Assembly: GCA_044376115.1 (NCBI GenBank)
Contig: JBILLK010000007.1
Span: forward strand, 1 to 64,000
DNA: 64,000 nucleotides
Reading direction: 5' to 3'
From: Polyangiaceae bacterium
GTDB lineage: Bacteria; Myxococcota_A; Polyangia; Polyangiales; Polyangiaceae
Part shown: one piece after another, positions 30,234 through 39,954 of the stretch
Position numbering within the stretch: the first letter of the stretch is position 1
How the letters are laid out: every line of letters begins with the position of its first letter
Position numbers and translations under genes: made by a program
The notes under the pieces: model-generated
The model's input: only the letters and a program-made list of their open reading frames with translations
What the model was told of the DNA's origin: nothing
The model's database searches: none

Positions 30234-32042
30234 CTACTCGTGAAGAACGACGAGACTGCCTTTGCGATCTTTGGTCGCGTACACGCCGTGCCAACCCGCT
30301 GGCAGCTGCGGATCGATGAAGTCAAAAACGAACTTCGCGTCTTTGGGCGAGAGGTTCACGCAGCCGTGACTCATCTCGCGCCCGAAGTTCGAATGCCAGA
30401 AGGCAGCGTGCAGCGCGTAGGAGCCTTTGAAATACGCCACGTACGGCACGTCTTCGATCGAGTAGGGCAGGTCCCCGGAGGCGCCGTCACCATCCATCGT
30501 CGTGGAGAGGTGCTTCTCGCGTACGCGGAAGGAGCCGGTCGGCGTGGCGTGGTCCTTCTTCTTGTTGCGCGAGCGTTTGCCGGGCGAAATCAACGCCGCG
30601 TAGATCGGCTTGTCGCCCTGAAAGAGCACCAACGTCTTCTTCGAAAGGTTCACGTCGACCCAGCGTTCGTCAGCGCCGACCTCATCGGGGCGCTTGCCGG
30701 GCTCGGTGGTGGTACCAGCGGCCGCCTTCACCCAGAAGCCGTCCACCGACTCGAGGTAGTTGGTGCCTGCGAGCTCGAGCGTCTTGCCGGTGAGCGCGAC
30801 CGGCGTCTGCTTCGGCAGCTTGCCCTTGTCCGCCATTTTGTCGCCGGCTTTGTTCAGCTCGAACTTGGACGCTTTGTCCGAGAGCACGAAGAAGATGCCC
30901 TTCGCCTCGTCGGGCCAGGTGGCGCCCTTCGACTCCGGCGGCTTGTTGATCCACATCCGATCCGACGGAGCGAGCAGCCCGCTGGTGGTGCGGTAAAAGG
31001 TCCTTCCGCTCCACGCCAGCGTCTTGTCGACGGCGATGAAGAAGCCCTTCACCATGCGCTTGTCGAGACTTCCGCCGCGGCCCTTTTCGAGATCGGCCAA
31101 AGAGACGTTGGGGTTCTTCTCGTCGGTTTGCCACCACTCTTTGTTGGCGTTGGCATCGGGCGCAGCTTCCCCCTCGGCGGGAGGGGAGGGCGCGATGGCC
31201 GAAACAGCCGCTACCGCTTGCGTCGCGTCGCTCACGTCGCTGGTCGGGACGTTGCCATCCTCGCCCTCGGTGGGAGCTTTGGCACCGTCTTCCGGCTTGT
31301 GTTTGCCGCCCTCGCGAGCCGGCTCTGCGGAAGCCGAACCGGCCGCGGCCGCTTCCTTTTTGGCCTTCGCCTCGCGCCGCTCTTTCTCCTTCTCCTCGAG
31401 GTGCGGCTCGATCCGGTACATCTCCTCCCGCGTGGGCAGCGACTTGTACAGCGGCGTGCCGTGGAAACGGTTGTAGGCGTACTGGTACGGCACCGTGGTC
31501 TTCAGGTCCGGCTGACGAACGCCCAATTTCACCCGAGGGTTCTCGAGGTTGAGCGTCGCGTATTTGCCGCACACGTAGCCGCCCTGCGCCAGCTTGTACC
31601 AACCGTCTTTGCAGTTCGCGCGCTTCTCCGGCGTCGTATCGGCGGGCACCTTCGCCCCTTGCCGCAGGTAGCCGAGCCGTTCGTCAGAGAAGCGCATTTC
31701 CGGATAAACCGGCGTTTGGAAGGCCAGCGCCCCGAGGTTGGGCGGTGGCAACTCAGCTGGCGAGGGCGGCGCCTTGGCGGAGTTATCTCCAGCGGGTTCC
31801 GCGGCTACAGCGGGGGAAACCATCGGCCCGTTGTTGGCTCCGCTGGTGCTAGGGCCGCTCGCTGCCACGGCCGAGCCCGAAACCACGACCTGACTCGCTC
31901 GTGAAGGGCCGCTCTCTTCGGTCTCCGAGCTCCCGCCGCAGGCGCCAACAAAAAGCCCGAGAAAGCCTAACAAAAGCGCTCGCGGACGAACGCTCGACGG
32001 CGACAGAAAGCTGCTTGTCACGGGGCCTCGAGGGGGCAACAT
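30234..32042 (-). CDS. L,D-transpeptidase (YkuD domain) lipoprotein
   Basis: WVDVNLSKKTL, TPTGSF, YALHAAFWH...SHGCVNL; lipobox VGAC. Confidence 0.9.
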   Translation of the reverse strand: MLPPRGPVTSSFLSPSSVRPRALLLGFLGLFVGACGGSSETEESGPSRASQVVVSGSAVAASGPSTSGANNGPMVSPAVAAEPAGDNSAKAPPSPAELPPPNLGALAFQTPVYPEMRFSDERLGYLRQGAKVPADTTPEKRANCKDGWYKLAQGGYVCGKYATLNLENPRVKLGVRQPDLKTTVPYQYAYNRFHGTPLYKSLPTREEMYRIEPHLEEKEKERREAKAKKEAAAAGSASAEPAREGGKHKPEDGAKAPTEGEDGNVPTSDVSDATQAVAAVSAIAPSPPAEGEAAPDANANKEWWQTDEKNPNVSLADLEKGRGGSLDKRMVKGFFIAVDKTLAWSGRTFYRTTSGLLAPSDRMWINKPPESKGATWPDEAKGIFFVLSDKASKFELNKAGDKMADKGKLPKQTPVALTGKTLELAGTNYLESVDGFWVKAAAGTTTEPGKRPDEVGADERWVDVNLSKKTLVLFQGDKPIYAALISPGKRSRNKKKDHATPTGSFRVREKHLSTTMDGDGASGDLPYSIEDVPYVAYFKGSYALHAAFWHSNFGREMSHGCVNLSPKDAKFVFDFIDPQLPAGWHGVYATKDRKGSLVVLHE

Positions 32043-32296
32043 GGGCGGTCCGAGCGTTCTACTACTCGACCTCGCTCCGCGCGAACCACTTTCACGGCAT
32101 GAGGCGCCAGCACCTCGAACCACTGATTCGTGGCACCGCCAACGGTAACGAGCATGTTTGTGGTCCTCGCTCCGTCCAATCCACAAGTCATTCTGCTACT
32201 CCCACCGCCTTCGTCGGTTACGATGCCGTTCCTCTGCAAGCCGATCGCCAAGTGACAAAAACGCCAGCCAGCGCAACGCCATTCCACCGAAGGTGG

Positions 32297-33763
32297 ATGC
32301 AGCGAACAGAAGGACCCGTGCCCTCCTCAAAAGCAGCGGCCGGAGGCCCGAATGGTGCTTCGGCTACGCACGGGGCCTTCCCAGTCTTTGTCAGCGGCGG
32401 CTTGAGCCGTCCTCTGCTGGTGACGCTGGTGGTCGCGCTGTTACTGCACGCCCCGGCGATGTCCTTCACCAGCCTGTTTCGCTGGAGCAGCGACGACGAG
32501 TCGGACGACGACTCCGAGCTGGTGGTGCCGGTGGACCTCGATTTCCAGGAGATCGACGTCGAAAAGCCGAAGCCGCAGGAGACGGCCAAGGTGCCGCCCC
32601 CCGAGCCGAAGCCCGAAGCCAAGCCGGAGCCCAAAGCCGAGCCGAAGCCGGAGCCGAAGCCCGAAGTGAAGCCGGAGCCCAAGGCCGAGCTGGTGGAACC
32701 GCCGGCGCCGGTCGTTCCCGTCGCTCCGCCGGAACCCGCTCCGGGCGAGGGGACGCCGCTCGGCGATGAGGCGATCATTCGTAAGCTCTCGGGGTCGCAG
32801 TCCAACAACGTGCAGGTGATCTTCGCCAGCACCGAGCTGCGTAAGCACCCGATCGGGCTGAAGCTCGGTGCGCTGCTCGGTGGGCACTGGCAATGGGAGG
32901 ACTTCTTCCTCAAGAACGACATCGATCCAGTGCGCGACATCGACGCGGTGGTGCTGACCGGCCCGCAGTTTCGCGTCTCCAACAAAGTGCTGGCCGTCCT
33001 CAAGCTGCAAGACCCGGCCAAAATCACCAAGACGGTGGAGACGCTGGTGAAGAAGGGGAACGGGCATTGGCTCGAGAAGGCGCCGGTCAAGGCCGCCATC
33101 ACCAAAGCCGAGGGCTACGAGCGGGTGTTCGCCATCGTTCCGGAGAAGAAGCTGCTTTACATGATCCCGTCGCCCTTCCCGAGCGACCGCCAGCGCAAGA
33201 GCCTCGAAAAGAAGCCGAAACAGCTGGAAAAGCTCGAGAAGCAAGGCCAGGAGAAGCTCGACGCGCACCTGAAAAACGTAGCCAGCGGTGACTTTAAGAA
33301 GCTGGACGCCTCCACCTACGCGATCGACGCGTACATGGTCGAGCCGTTCAAGTTGGTCGGCCACAAAGGCAGCGAGGGCCGCATCGATTTGGGCTTTCCG
33401 CTCGGCGAAATCGAGCTGATTCCGCGAACGCTGAAGCGAGCCCGTCTGCGGCTCAAGATCGAGCCCAGCGGCGGCGTGAAGCTCTCGATCGACGCGCTCT
33501 CGGAGAGCAGCGAACAAGCGGCGAAGGACGCGGCCTTGCTCAACTCCCTCCTGCCGATGGCTCGCACCGCGGCCGCGCTCGAGTTCAAAATCGATCTACC
33601 CGAGTTCAGCTTCATCGTGAAAGACCGTTCGATCCTCGCCGAAGTTGCGGTCTCCGACGCCTTCTTGCAACGCGCCCTCGAGCTTGGCCAGGCCGCCGTC
33701 GAGAAAGACCGAGCCATCGCCGCCGAGCGGGCGGCCAAGCCGCCCAGCCCGCCGGGCAAGTGA
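32297..33763 (+). CDS. hypothetical membrane-anchored protein with TonB-like (PEPK)n linker
   Basis: TM segment ending ALLLHAP, acidic patch, PEPKPEAKPEPK repeats, then a globular C-domain. Start is uncertain. Confidence 0.65.
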   Translation: MQRTEGPVPSSKAAAGGPNGASATHGAFPVFVSGGLSRPLLVTLVVALLLHAPAMSFTSLFRWSSDDESDDDSELVVPVDLDFQEIDVEKPKPQETAKVPPPEPKPEAKPEPKAEPKPEPKPEVKPEPKAELVEPPAPVVPVAPPEPAPGEGTPLGDEAIIRKLSGSQSNNVQVIFASTELRKHPIGLKLGALLGGHWQWEDFFLKNDIDPVRDIDAVVLTGPQFRVSNKVLAVLKLQDPAKITKTVETLVKKGNGHWLEKAPVKAAITKAEGYERVFAIVPEKKLLYMIPSPFPSDRQRKSLEKKPKQLEKLEKQGQEKLDAHLKNVASGDFKKLDASTYAIDAYMVEPFKLVGHKGSEGRIDLGFPLGEIELIPRTLKRARLRLKIEPSGGVKLSIDALSESSEQAAKDAALLNSLLPMARTAAALEFKIDLPEFSFIVKDRSILAEVAVSDAFLQRALELGQAAVEKDRAIAAERAAKPPSPPGK

Positions 33764-33865
33764 ACGCTGCCGCGGCGCACGCCAGAAGCGGTCCTTCGGG
33801 GCCGGGCATCCGCTTCGCTACGGAATGCTCCGCGATGGAATAGGGCTCGCGCTATCGTGCGCACC

Positions 33866-34678
33866 ATGCGTCGACTCCTGCTGACCCTCCTCTCCGTCGC
33901 CTGCGCCTCCAATCCCGGATCGACCGGAAACACTCCCGACCCGACGGGCACGGCGACGAGCAGCTCGACGACCAATCCGACGACCAGCGCATCAGCGACC
34001 GTGAGCCCGATCGCAGAGAAGAAGGCGGTGGCGTGCCCGAGCGATGACGAAGCGGCGTGCAAGGCCGCCTGCGACGCAAACGATCTCGAGAGCTGTGTGC
34101 GGCTCGGAAGCATTTGGAGCTTCGGTAACGCGAACGTAAAGGCCGATCTGTCGAAGGCGCGTGAGGTCCAGGAGAAGGCGTGCGCAGGCGGCGTGGCCAA
34201 GGCTTGCTACTACGCGGGCGTGAGCTTCGAGCTGCGCTCCAAGGAGGTCGCCCGCGGCAAGGAGCTGCGAGCCAAGGGCGTCGCGGGGATGAAGGCCGCC
34301 TGTGAGGCCGACGACGCCGAGAGCTGCTCGATTTACGCGGACCTTCACGTCGCCGGCGAAGGCGTGCCGAAGGACCCAGCCAAAGAGGAGTCGCTTCGGG
34401 CTCGCGCGACCGTCCTCTACGGCAAGGCCTGCGACCGGGGCGATGGAGCGGGCTGCTTCATGTTCGGAGGCAGCCTCGTCGATGCAAAGCGCGACGCGGA
34501 GGCTGTGCAGGCGCTGACAAAGGGTTGCGAGCTCTCAGACGCGGGCTCCTGCTCACTGCTCGCAGGCTGCTACGACGAAGGCGTGGGAACCAAGGCCGAT
34601 CCGGCGAAAGCTGCGCAGCTCTTCGCCAAAGGCTGCAAGCTCGGCAACGCCGCCGCATGCGGTCGTGTCGGTAAGTAA
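33866..34678 (+). CDS. Sel1-like repeat (Hcp-type, Cys-paired) lipoprotein
   Basis: Lipobox SVAC; repeated KAC..G...SC..L motifs. Confidence 0.85.
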   Translation: MRRLLLTLLSVACASNPGSTGNTPDPTGTATSSSTTNPTTSASATVSPIAEKKAVACPSDDEAACKAACDANDLESCVRLGSIWSFGNANVKADLSKAREVQEKACAGGVAKACYYAGVSFELRSKEVARGKELRAKGVAGMKAACEADDAESCSIYADLHVAGEGVPKDPAKEESLRARATVLYGKACDRGDGAGCFMFGGSLVDAKRDAEAVQALTKGCELSDAGSCSLLAGCYDEGVGTKADPAKAAQLFAKGCKLGNAAACGRVGK

Positions 34679-34800
34679 CGCGACCGACGTTTGGACGGAT
34701 GTCTGGCCGCTCTGCGTAAGCGGACGCCTCAAGGCGACGAGCGTCGGGCCTCGGCGTCGATTGTTCGAATCCTTTGGACGGGGACCGGGCTTCTCCGCTC

Positions 34801-35025
34801 ATGAAACGGAACACAGCCAACTGGGATCGAATCGTGCGCGCCCTGAGCGGGGTCGCCATGCTCGTTTGTAGCGTCTTTGCGCCCCTGCCACTCGCTGTCC
34901 GCGTGCTCGCCCTCGGTATCGGGGGCAGCTACATGCTGGGGACGGCGCTCGCGGGGAGCTGTCTGGGCTACAAGTTGATGGGATTTTCGACTTGTCCGAT
35001 CGAGCAGAAGGAAAAGCTCACGTGA
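34801..35025 (+). CDS. DUF2892 (YgaP-like) membrane protein
   Basis: N...DRIVR, two TM helices, GSCLGYKLMGFSTC. Confidence 0.85.
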   Translation: MKRNTANWDRIVRALSGVAMLVCSVFAPLPLAVRVLALGIGGSYMLGTALAGSCLGYKLMGFSTCPIEQKEKLT

Positions 35026-35612
35026 ACCACGGCGACCAACTCGAGGCGGCAGCGCGAGGGGACGACGCAGCGTTGGCCGCGCTCGTTCGGAGCTACCACG
35101 ACCGCGTGTATCGCTACGGCGTCCGTGTTTGTCGCGACGGGTTCGACGCGGACGACGCCTTGCAAGAGGCCTTCACCAAGCTCGCGACGCGGCCCGACGT
35201 CGTCAAGGATCCGAGCGCCCTGTCGTGGCTGTTCACCGTCGTTCGCAACGCGTGCATGCGAATGTTGCGGCCGTTCGTGCGTGAGCGGCGGACGCTAGGT
35301 GAACGCGTCGAGGAGACGCAGGAAATCGCGTCCGAAGCGCTGGATCCGGAGAGGGCGCTCGAGCGTCAACGAATCGTTCACGCGGTACACGACGCGATCG
35401 CGACGCTGTCGCGGCCCTCCCGCGAAGTGCTCGTGATGCGCGACCTCGAGGGGCTCAGCGGCCCCGAGACCTGCGTCTCCCTCGGGCTGACGGAGGCGAC
35501 GATGAAGACGCGGCTGCACCGAGCGAGAACCGAGCTCCGACGCGAGCTCGAGCGCGCAGGCGCGGCACCTTGTCGGCCGAGGGCCACCGGAAGTTCGCCA
35601 GCAAGAGCCTGA
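35022..35612 (+). CDS. ECF RNA polymerase sigma-70 factor
   Basis: DADDALQEAF, SWLFTVVRNAC (region 2); REVLVMRDLEGLS...MKTRLHRAR (region 4); GTGA overlap with upstream gene. Confidence 0.92.
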   Translation: MNHGDQLEAAARGDDAALAALVRSYHDRVYRYGVRVCRDGFDADDALQEAFTKLATRPDVVKDPSALSWLFTVVRNACMRMLRPFVRERRTLGERVEETQEIASEALDPERALERQRIVHAVHDAIATLSRPSREVLVMRDLEGLSGPETCVSLGLTEATMKTRLHRARTELRRELERAGAAPCRPRATGSSPARA

Positions 35613-35632
35613 GCGGCGTCACAGAACGGCCG

Positions 35633-36646
35633 TCAGAAGGCGTAAAAGTCTTCGGGGATCGTCTCGGTGGGGCGCCAGTCGATCTCGCCAGCTTCCGCAC
35701 CTTTGTATTGGAGGAAGGCGTTGGCGGCGAGCTCCTTGTCGAGGCTGGGCCGCTTGCGCGCGGCGGCGCCAATCCATTGGTTGGCACGGGCGGGTTCGAA
35801 TTCGGCGGCGCGGGTGAGCCCGAGCAAGAGCACCAGCAGGTGTTTGCAAGGGCTTCCGTTCAACCCCAGGCAGCTCTCGAGATCGGGCTGGGAGCAGCCA
35901 TAGCGGCCGTCGGCGCGCAGCCACGGTGCATACACGGTACCGACGCCGGTCTGGCTGCGCACGACGCCGCAGAGCACATCGTCATCAAGCTTGGCGTAAA
36001 GACGGAAGCGCTCGCCCTGGAGCATCTTGAGCGCGCGCTTGAGCTTGGCGTGGTCGAGCGCGCCGTAAAGGTTGCTGAGGAAGGTCGCGAAGTCGAGCGA
36101 GCCGCCCTGCGAGCGCTCGGCGCGCATCACGTCGAGAAATTGCGCCTCGTCGAGCACGCGGAGCTTGGCGCCCGCGGCGCTGAGCTCCTTCACGGTGCGC
36201 TCCGCCTCGGTCTTGCCCTTGGCGCGCTTGCCGCCGAAGACCGCGTAGTCAAGCTCGGCGTCGAGCGTGGGCCGCGTGACGCAACCCGCGGCCTCGACCA
36301 TCTTGTGGAGCAGCGCGTGGTCGCTCTCGTTCGGGGTGCAGCAGGCGAAGCCGCCGGCGAAGTGGAAGCTCTTGCCAGCGAGCGCCGCGCGCACGAGCTC
36401 GCGCAAGGCGACCTCGTCGAGCACGGCGAGCTTGCCCTGCTTGGCAAGCCGATCGGCCCTGGTCTTGGCCTCGGCGCGCCCCGCCGCGCGGCCCTCACCG
36501 ACGATGACGTAGTCGGCGTCGTCGCCGATGTCGTGGACCACGAGCGCGCCGAGCTGCTTGACGAGCTCGAGCGGCGCGCCGCCGTAGCCGGCCCAGCGTT
36601 GGAATTTGCCGACGAAGCAGCAGCGCTTTCCGAGGAGCGGATTCAC
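35633..36646 (-). CDS. tandem-BRCT protein with C-terminal SWIM-like zinc-finger domain
   Basis: Two BRCT-like repeats (GKRCCFVGKF...DYVIVG...VLDE; GKSFHFAGGF...DYAVFG...VLDEAQF), then C-x7-C-x7-CKH and tail AGEIDWRPTETIPEDFYAF. GTG start inferred. Confidence 0.8.
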   Translation of the reverse strand: MNPLLGKRCCFVGKFQRWAGYGGAPLELVKQLGALVVHDIGDDADYVIVGEGRAAGRAEAKTRADRLAKQGKLAVLDEVALRELVRAALAGKSFHFAGGFACCTPNESDHALLHKMVEAAGCVTRPTLDAELDYAVFGGKRAKGKTEAERTVKELSAAGAKLRVLDEAQFLDVMRAERSQGGSLDFATFLSNLYGALDHAKLKRALKMLQGERFRLYAKLDDDVLCGVVRSQTGVGTVYAPWLRADGRYGCSQPDLESCLGLNGSPCKHLLVLLLGLTRAAEFEPARANQWIGAAARKRPSLDKELAANAFLQYKGAEAGEIDWRPTETIPEDFYAF

Positions 36647-36698
36647 GCGGTCAATGTACCAGGCGTTGCGCACTGACAAGCGGCGAAACCTCGCTATC

Positions 36699-37175
36699 AT
36701 GCCGGCCGTGGCCGACCTAAAGTCCTTCGTCGCGAAGCTGAACAAAGCCGCCGATCCATCAAAGATGCAGAAGGCGTCCACGATGCTGAAGGCCGACCGC
36801 TTTCAGCTGTTCTCGGAGATCACACCCGAGCACGTGGTCGGCGTAGTCAAGAGCCAGACCGACGCCGACCTCGTTTACTCCTGCCGCTTGGCCTCGGGCG
36901 GCTCGTACGCCTGCTGCACGCAGAACCTCAACGTGTGCGGCGGCCTGCGCGGCAGCTTGTGCAAGCACCTGCTCGTGCTCCTCGTCGGGCTGGTGCAAGG
37001 CGGCGACCTCGATGCGCAGACGGCCGAGCGTTGGGTCGTCTCGGCGCAGAAGAAGAAGCCGGTGCTCGACAAGGACGTGATGAGCGAGATCTTCATCCGC
37101 TACAAGGGCGCCCAGGCCGGCGAGATTGACTGGCGCCCGACCGAGACGATCCCCGAGGACTATTACGCCCTCTAG
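36699..37175 (+). CDS. stand-alone SWIM-like zinc-finger protein (paralogue of the C-domain of the divergent BRCT gene)
   Basis: GVVKSQT, CCTQNLNVCGGLRGSLCKHLLVLL, tail AGEIDWRPTETIPEDYYAL. Confidence 0.82.
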   Translation: MPAVADLKSFVAKLNKAADPSKMQKASTMLKADRFQLFSEITPEHVVGVVKSQTDADLVYSCRLASGGSYACCTQNLNVCGGLRGSLCKHLLVLLVGLVQGGDLDAQTAERWVVSAQKKKPVLDKDVMSEIFIRYKGAQAGEIDWRPTETIPEDYYAL

Positions 37176-37185
37176 GCTCGCACCC

Positions 37186-38742
37186 GTGGCGGACCTCAGC
37201 CGAGCCGTAGCGCAGGAGATCACCACGTCGATCGAGGTGCTGCGCGGCGCGCTGGAGGATTTGATGGTGCGCGGCGTGCGCGTGGCCTCGGCCGACGACG
37301 TGCGTGCGCTCGCTTCGCTGGCGGAGGATCTGCGCGGCGCAGGCGCGACGCATTTGGCCGAGCGGGTGGAGGGGACGCTCCTCGCCGTGAAGGCCTCGCG
37401 AAGCGACGCCGCTCAGCTGTTGATGCGCGCCATGGCCAGCCTGCGCGTGTACGAGCGCGTGCTTTCGCTACGCGTGGCCGCGACCGAGATCGAGCTGGCT
37501 TTCGCCGCCGCCGACGAGGACGAGGACGACGAGGAGGGCGATGAGGACGGCGACGAGGAGGGCGATGAGGACGAGGGCCCCGCCGTCAGCGCGCCCGACC
37601 GAGTGGCGGTCCAAACCCAGCTGCCGCCGCTCGATCTCGACCGAAAGGGCGCGCTGCCGGTGGCCGAGGGCATCGTCGCGGCGACCGAGGAGCTGCTCGC
37701 TGCGGGGCTCACGGCGGTCTCGGAGGCGACGCGCAGCAAGCTCGATTTCGTGACCAAGGAGGCCTCACGCCTGAAGCTCGCCCGGATCGCGGCCGCGCTG
37801 AAGTACGGGAGCGACGAGCTCGGGCGCTACCTGGCCAAGAGCGACTCGTTCTCCAAGCGCCGCTATGCCTTCTTCACCGGGCGCGCCTGGCTGCTCGGCC
37901 GCTCGCTGGCGACGGCCCTCCGAGCGGGCGACGACGCGATGATCGCGCGCCTCTTGCTTTCCCCAGCGCCGGTGATGGTGCCGCGGATCGAGCTGGTCAC
38001 GCTGGGAATCGGCAAACGCGTCGCCATCGGTACGCAGGTGGCCTTCGAGCTGCGCCTGCGCCCGACGCACCCGGTGCCCGGTTTTGTCACGCCGCCACGC
38101 CTTGTCTGGTCGGTGGTGTTCGCCTACCGCGAGGGCATCCCGGCCGAGGCCTTCCTGCACCTGCCACAGCCGCAGAAGTTCCAGGCGCGCTCCTTCTTGG
38201 AGAAGAGGGCCGTCGTGCTCGAGAACGTGGCCTTGGCGCCCGACGATAGCGGCGGCGCGCGGCTGATCCTGGGGCCCAAGACGACGCTGACCGTGGCGGG
38301 CGACGCGTTCAAGGCCTGGGACGGTCACTACGACTGGGACGTCGAGCGCGCGATCGCACGTGTGCGCGCGCACGGCGTGTCGCCCCTCGATCTCGAGGTG
38401 GAGCTGCACGAGGAGGTGCTGCTCGAGGGCTATGCCATCGGCGCGCCCACGCTGCGCGAGGACCGCGGCCAATACGTGTACCCGACGCAGCACGGACGGA
38501 CGACGCTGGATCTGATCGTCTCCTCCGGGCCGGACGGCAAGGAGCTGCGCGCGGCGATGGACGCGCTGCGCGACGCCTCTGCGACGTCGAGCCCGCCGCC
38601 GCTGTTCGGCGTGATGCACTATGAGCTCGGCGCCCTGGTGGTGCAGCCGCTTGCGACGCTGGGTCCCGACGGCCCCAATTATCTACCCATCTCCAACGAG
38701 CGGATCGATCCCGCGACGCTGCTCAAGTCCATCAAGTTCTGA
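37186..38742 (+). CDS. uncharacterised MoxR-operon accessory protein (duplicated helical module, acidic linker, beta-rich C-domain)
   Basis: ALEDLMVRG.../ATEELLAAG... repeated helical motif on either side of DEDEDDEEGDEDGDEEGDEDE; 10-12 bp gaps to neighbours. Confidence 0.75.
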   Translation: MADLSRAVAQEITTSIEVLRGALEDLMVRGVRVASADDVRALASLAEDLRGAGATHLAERVEGTLLAVKASRSDAAQLLMRAMASLRVYERVLSLRVAATEIELAFAAADEDEDDEEGDEDGDEEGDEDEGPAVSAPDRVAVQTQLPPLDLDRKGALPVAEGIVAATEELLAAGLTAVSEATRSKLDFVTKEASRLKLARIAAALKYGSDELGRYLAKSDSFSKRRYAFFTGRAWLLGRSLATALRAGDDAMIARLLLSPAPVMVPRIELVTLGIGKRVAIGTQVAFELRLRPTHPVPGFVTPPRLVWSVVFAYREGIPAEAFLHLPQPQKFQARSFLEKRAVVLENVALAPDDSGGARLILGPKTTLTVAGDAFKAWDGHYDWDVERAIARVRAHGVSPLDLEVELHEEVLLEGYAIGAPTLREDRGQYVYPTQHGRTTLDLIVSSGPDGKELRAAMDALRDASATSSPPPLFGVMHYELGALVVQPLATLGPDGPNYLPISNERIDPATLLKSIKF

Positions 38743-38752
38743 GAGACCCAAC

Positions 38753-39952
38753 ATGGCCAAAGCGAAGACCTCGAAAGACGTGACGGACAAAGGCGGCCCC
38801 GACGGCCAGAGCAGCGAGGGCAGCGCCGACACTGACGCCAGCGTGCTGCGTGCGCCGGCCGAGATCCGCTACAGGGACCAGCTCGAGGCGCTGCGTCAGA
38901 GCGATCCCGACACGCCTCCCTCGTCGTGGAAGCTCTCGCCACGGCAAGTGCTGGCCTACGTCACCGGCAGCAAGAAGCCGATCAAGGCGACGATCGACGG
39001 CCAGCCGCGCGAAATCGCCATCACGCGCAAGTTCTTCGGTGACGACAGCATCGTCGAGCGCTCGATCGTCACCTTGGCCTCCGAACGCGCGCTCTTGCTC
39101 GTGGGCGAGCCCGGCACCGGCAAGAGCTGGCTCTCCGAGCACCTGGCGGCGGCGATCAGCGGCTGTTCGACGCTGACGGTGCAAGGCACCGCCGGCACCA
39201 CCGAGGAGCACGTCAAATACTCGTGGAACGTCGCGCGGGTGATCGCCGAGGGCCCGCGCAGCGAGAATCTGATCCCGTCGCCGACGATGGTGGCGATGCG
39301 CAGCGGCGGCCTGTTGCGCTTCGAGGAGATCACGCGCTGCGTGACCGACGTGCAGGACTCGCTGGTGTCGATCCTGTCGGATAAGGCCATCGCCGTACCC
39401 GAGCTGCCCGACGCCAACATGATTTGGGCCAAGCCTGGCTTCAACGTGATCGCCACGGCCAACACGCGCGACCAGGGCGTGAACGAGCTGTCCGCCGCGC
39501 TGAAGCGACGCTTCAACTACGTGTACATCCCGGTCGTCGCCGATCAAAAGACCGAGGTCGAGATCGTGCGCCAACGGTCGAACGAGCTGCTTGCCCGCTA
39601 CGACATCCCCACGCGCATGGAGGAGCCGGTGCTCGCGCTGCTGGCCACGGTGTTCCGCGAGATCCGTCAGGGCGTGACCGCCGATGGGCAGAGCGTGCAG
39701 AAGCCGACGACGACGCTCTCGACAGCGGAGGCCATCGGCGTCGCGCTCGACTCGGCGATCCACGCGCGCTACTTCGGCTCCGGTAGCGTCGGCGCCGGCG
39801 ACATCGCGCGCAACATGGTGGGCTCGATCGTCAAGGAGGACCGCGCTGACTTAGCGGTGCTCAAGGAGTACGTGAACCTGGTGGCGAAGAAGCGCGCTGC
39901 CAGTGATCCGGAGTGGAAGGCGTTCTACGAAGCGGCCACCAAGGCCCTCTAA
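38753..39952 (+). CDS. MoxR-family AAA+ ATPase, YehL subfamily
   Basis: GEPGTGKSWLSEHL Walker A, QGTAGTTEE, RFEEITR Walker B, ATANTRDQGVNELSAALKRRF. Confidence 0.92.
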   Translation: MAKAKTSKDVTDKGGPDGQSSEGSADTDASVLRAPAEIRYRDQLEALRQSDPDTPPSSWKLSPRQVLAYVTGSKKPIKATIDGQPREIAITRKFFGDDSIVERSIVTLASERALLLVGEPGTGKSWLSEHLAAAISGCSTLTVQGTAGTTEEHVKYSWNVARVIAEGPRSENLIPSPTMVAMRSGGLLRFEEITRCVTDVQDSLVSILSDKAIAVPELPDANMIWAKPGFNVIATANTRDQGVNELSAALKRRFNYVYIPVVADQKTEVEIVRQRSNELLARYDIPTRMEEPVLALLATVFREIRQGVTADGQSVQKPTTTLSTAEAIGVALDSAIHARYFGSGSVGAGDIARNMVGSIVKEDRADLAVLKEYVNLVAKKRAASDPEWKAFYEAATKAL

Positions 39953-39954
39953 TC

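Noticed and set aside
34801..35612. DUF2892-ECF sigma pair as regulator of the MoxR/SWIM system
   Set aside because: Only adjacency supports it. The pair is convergent with the BRCT gene and is a common stand-alone unit.
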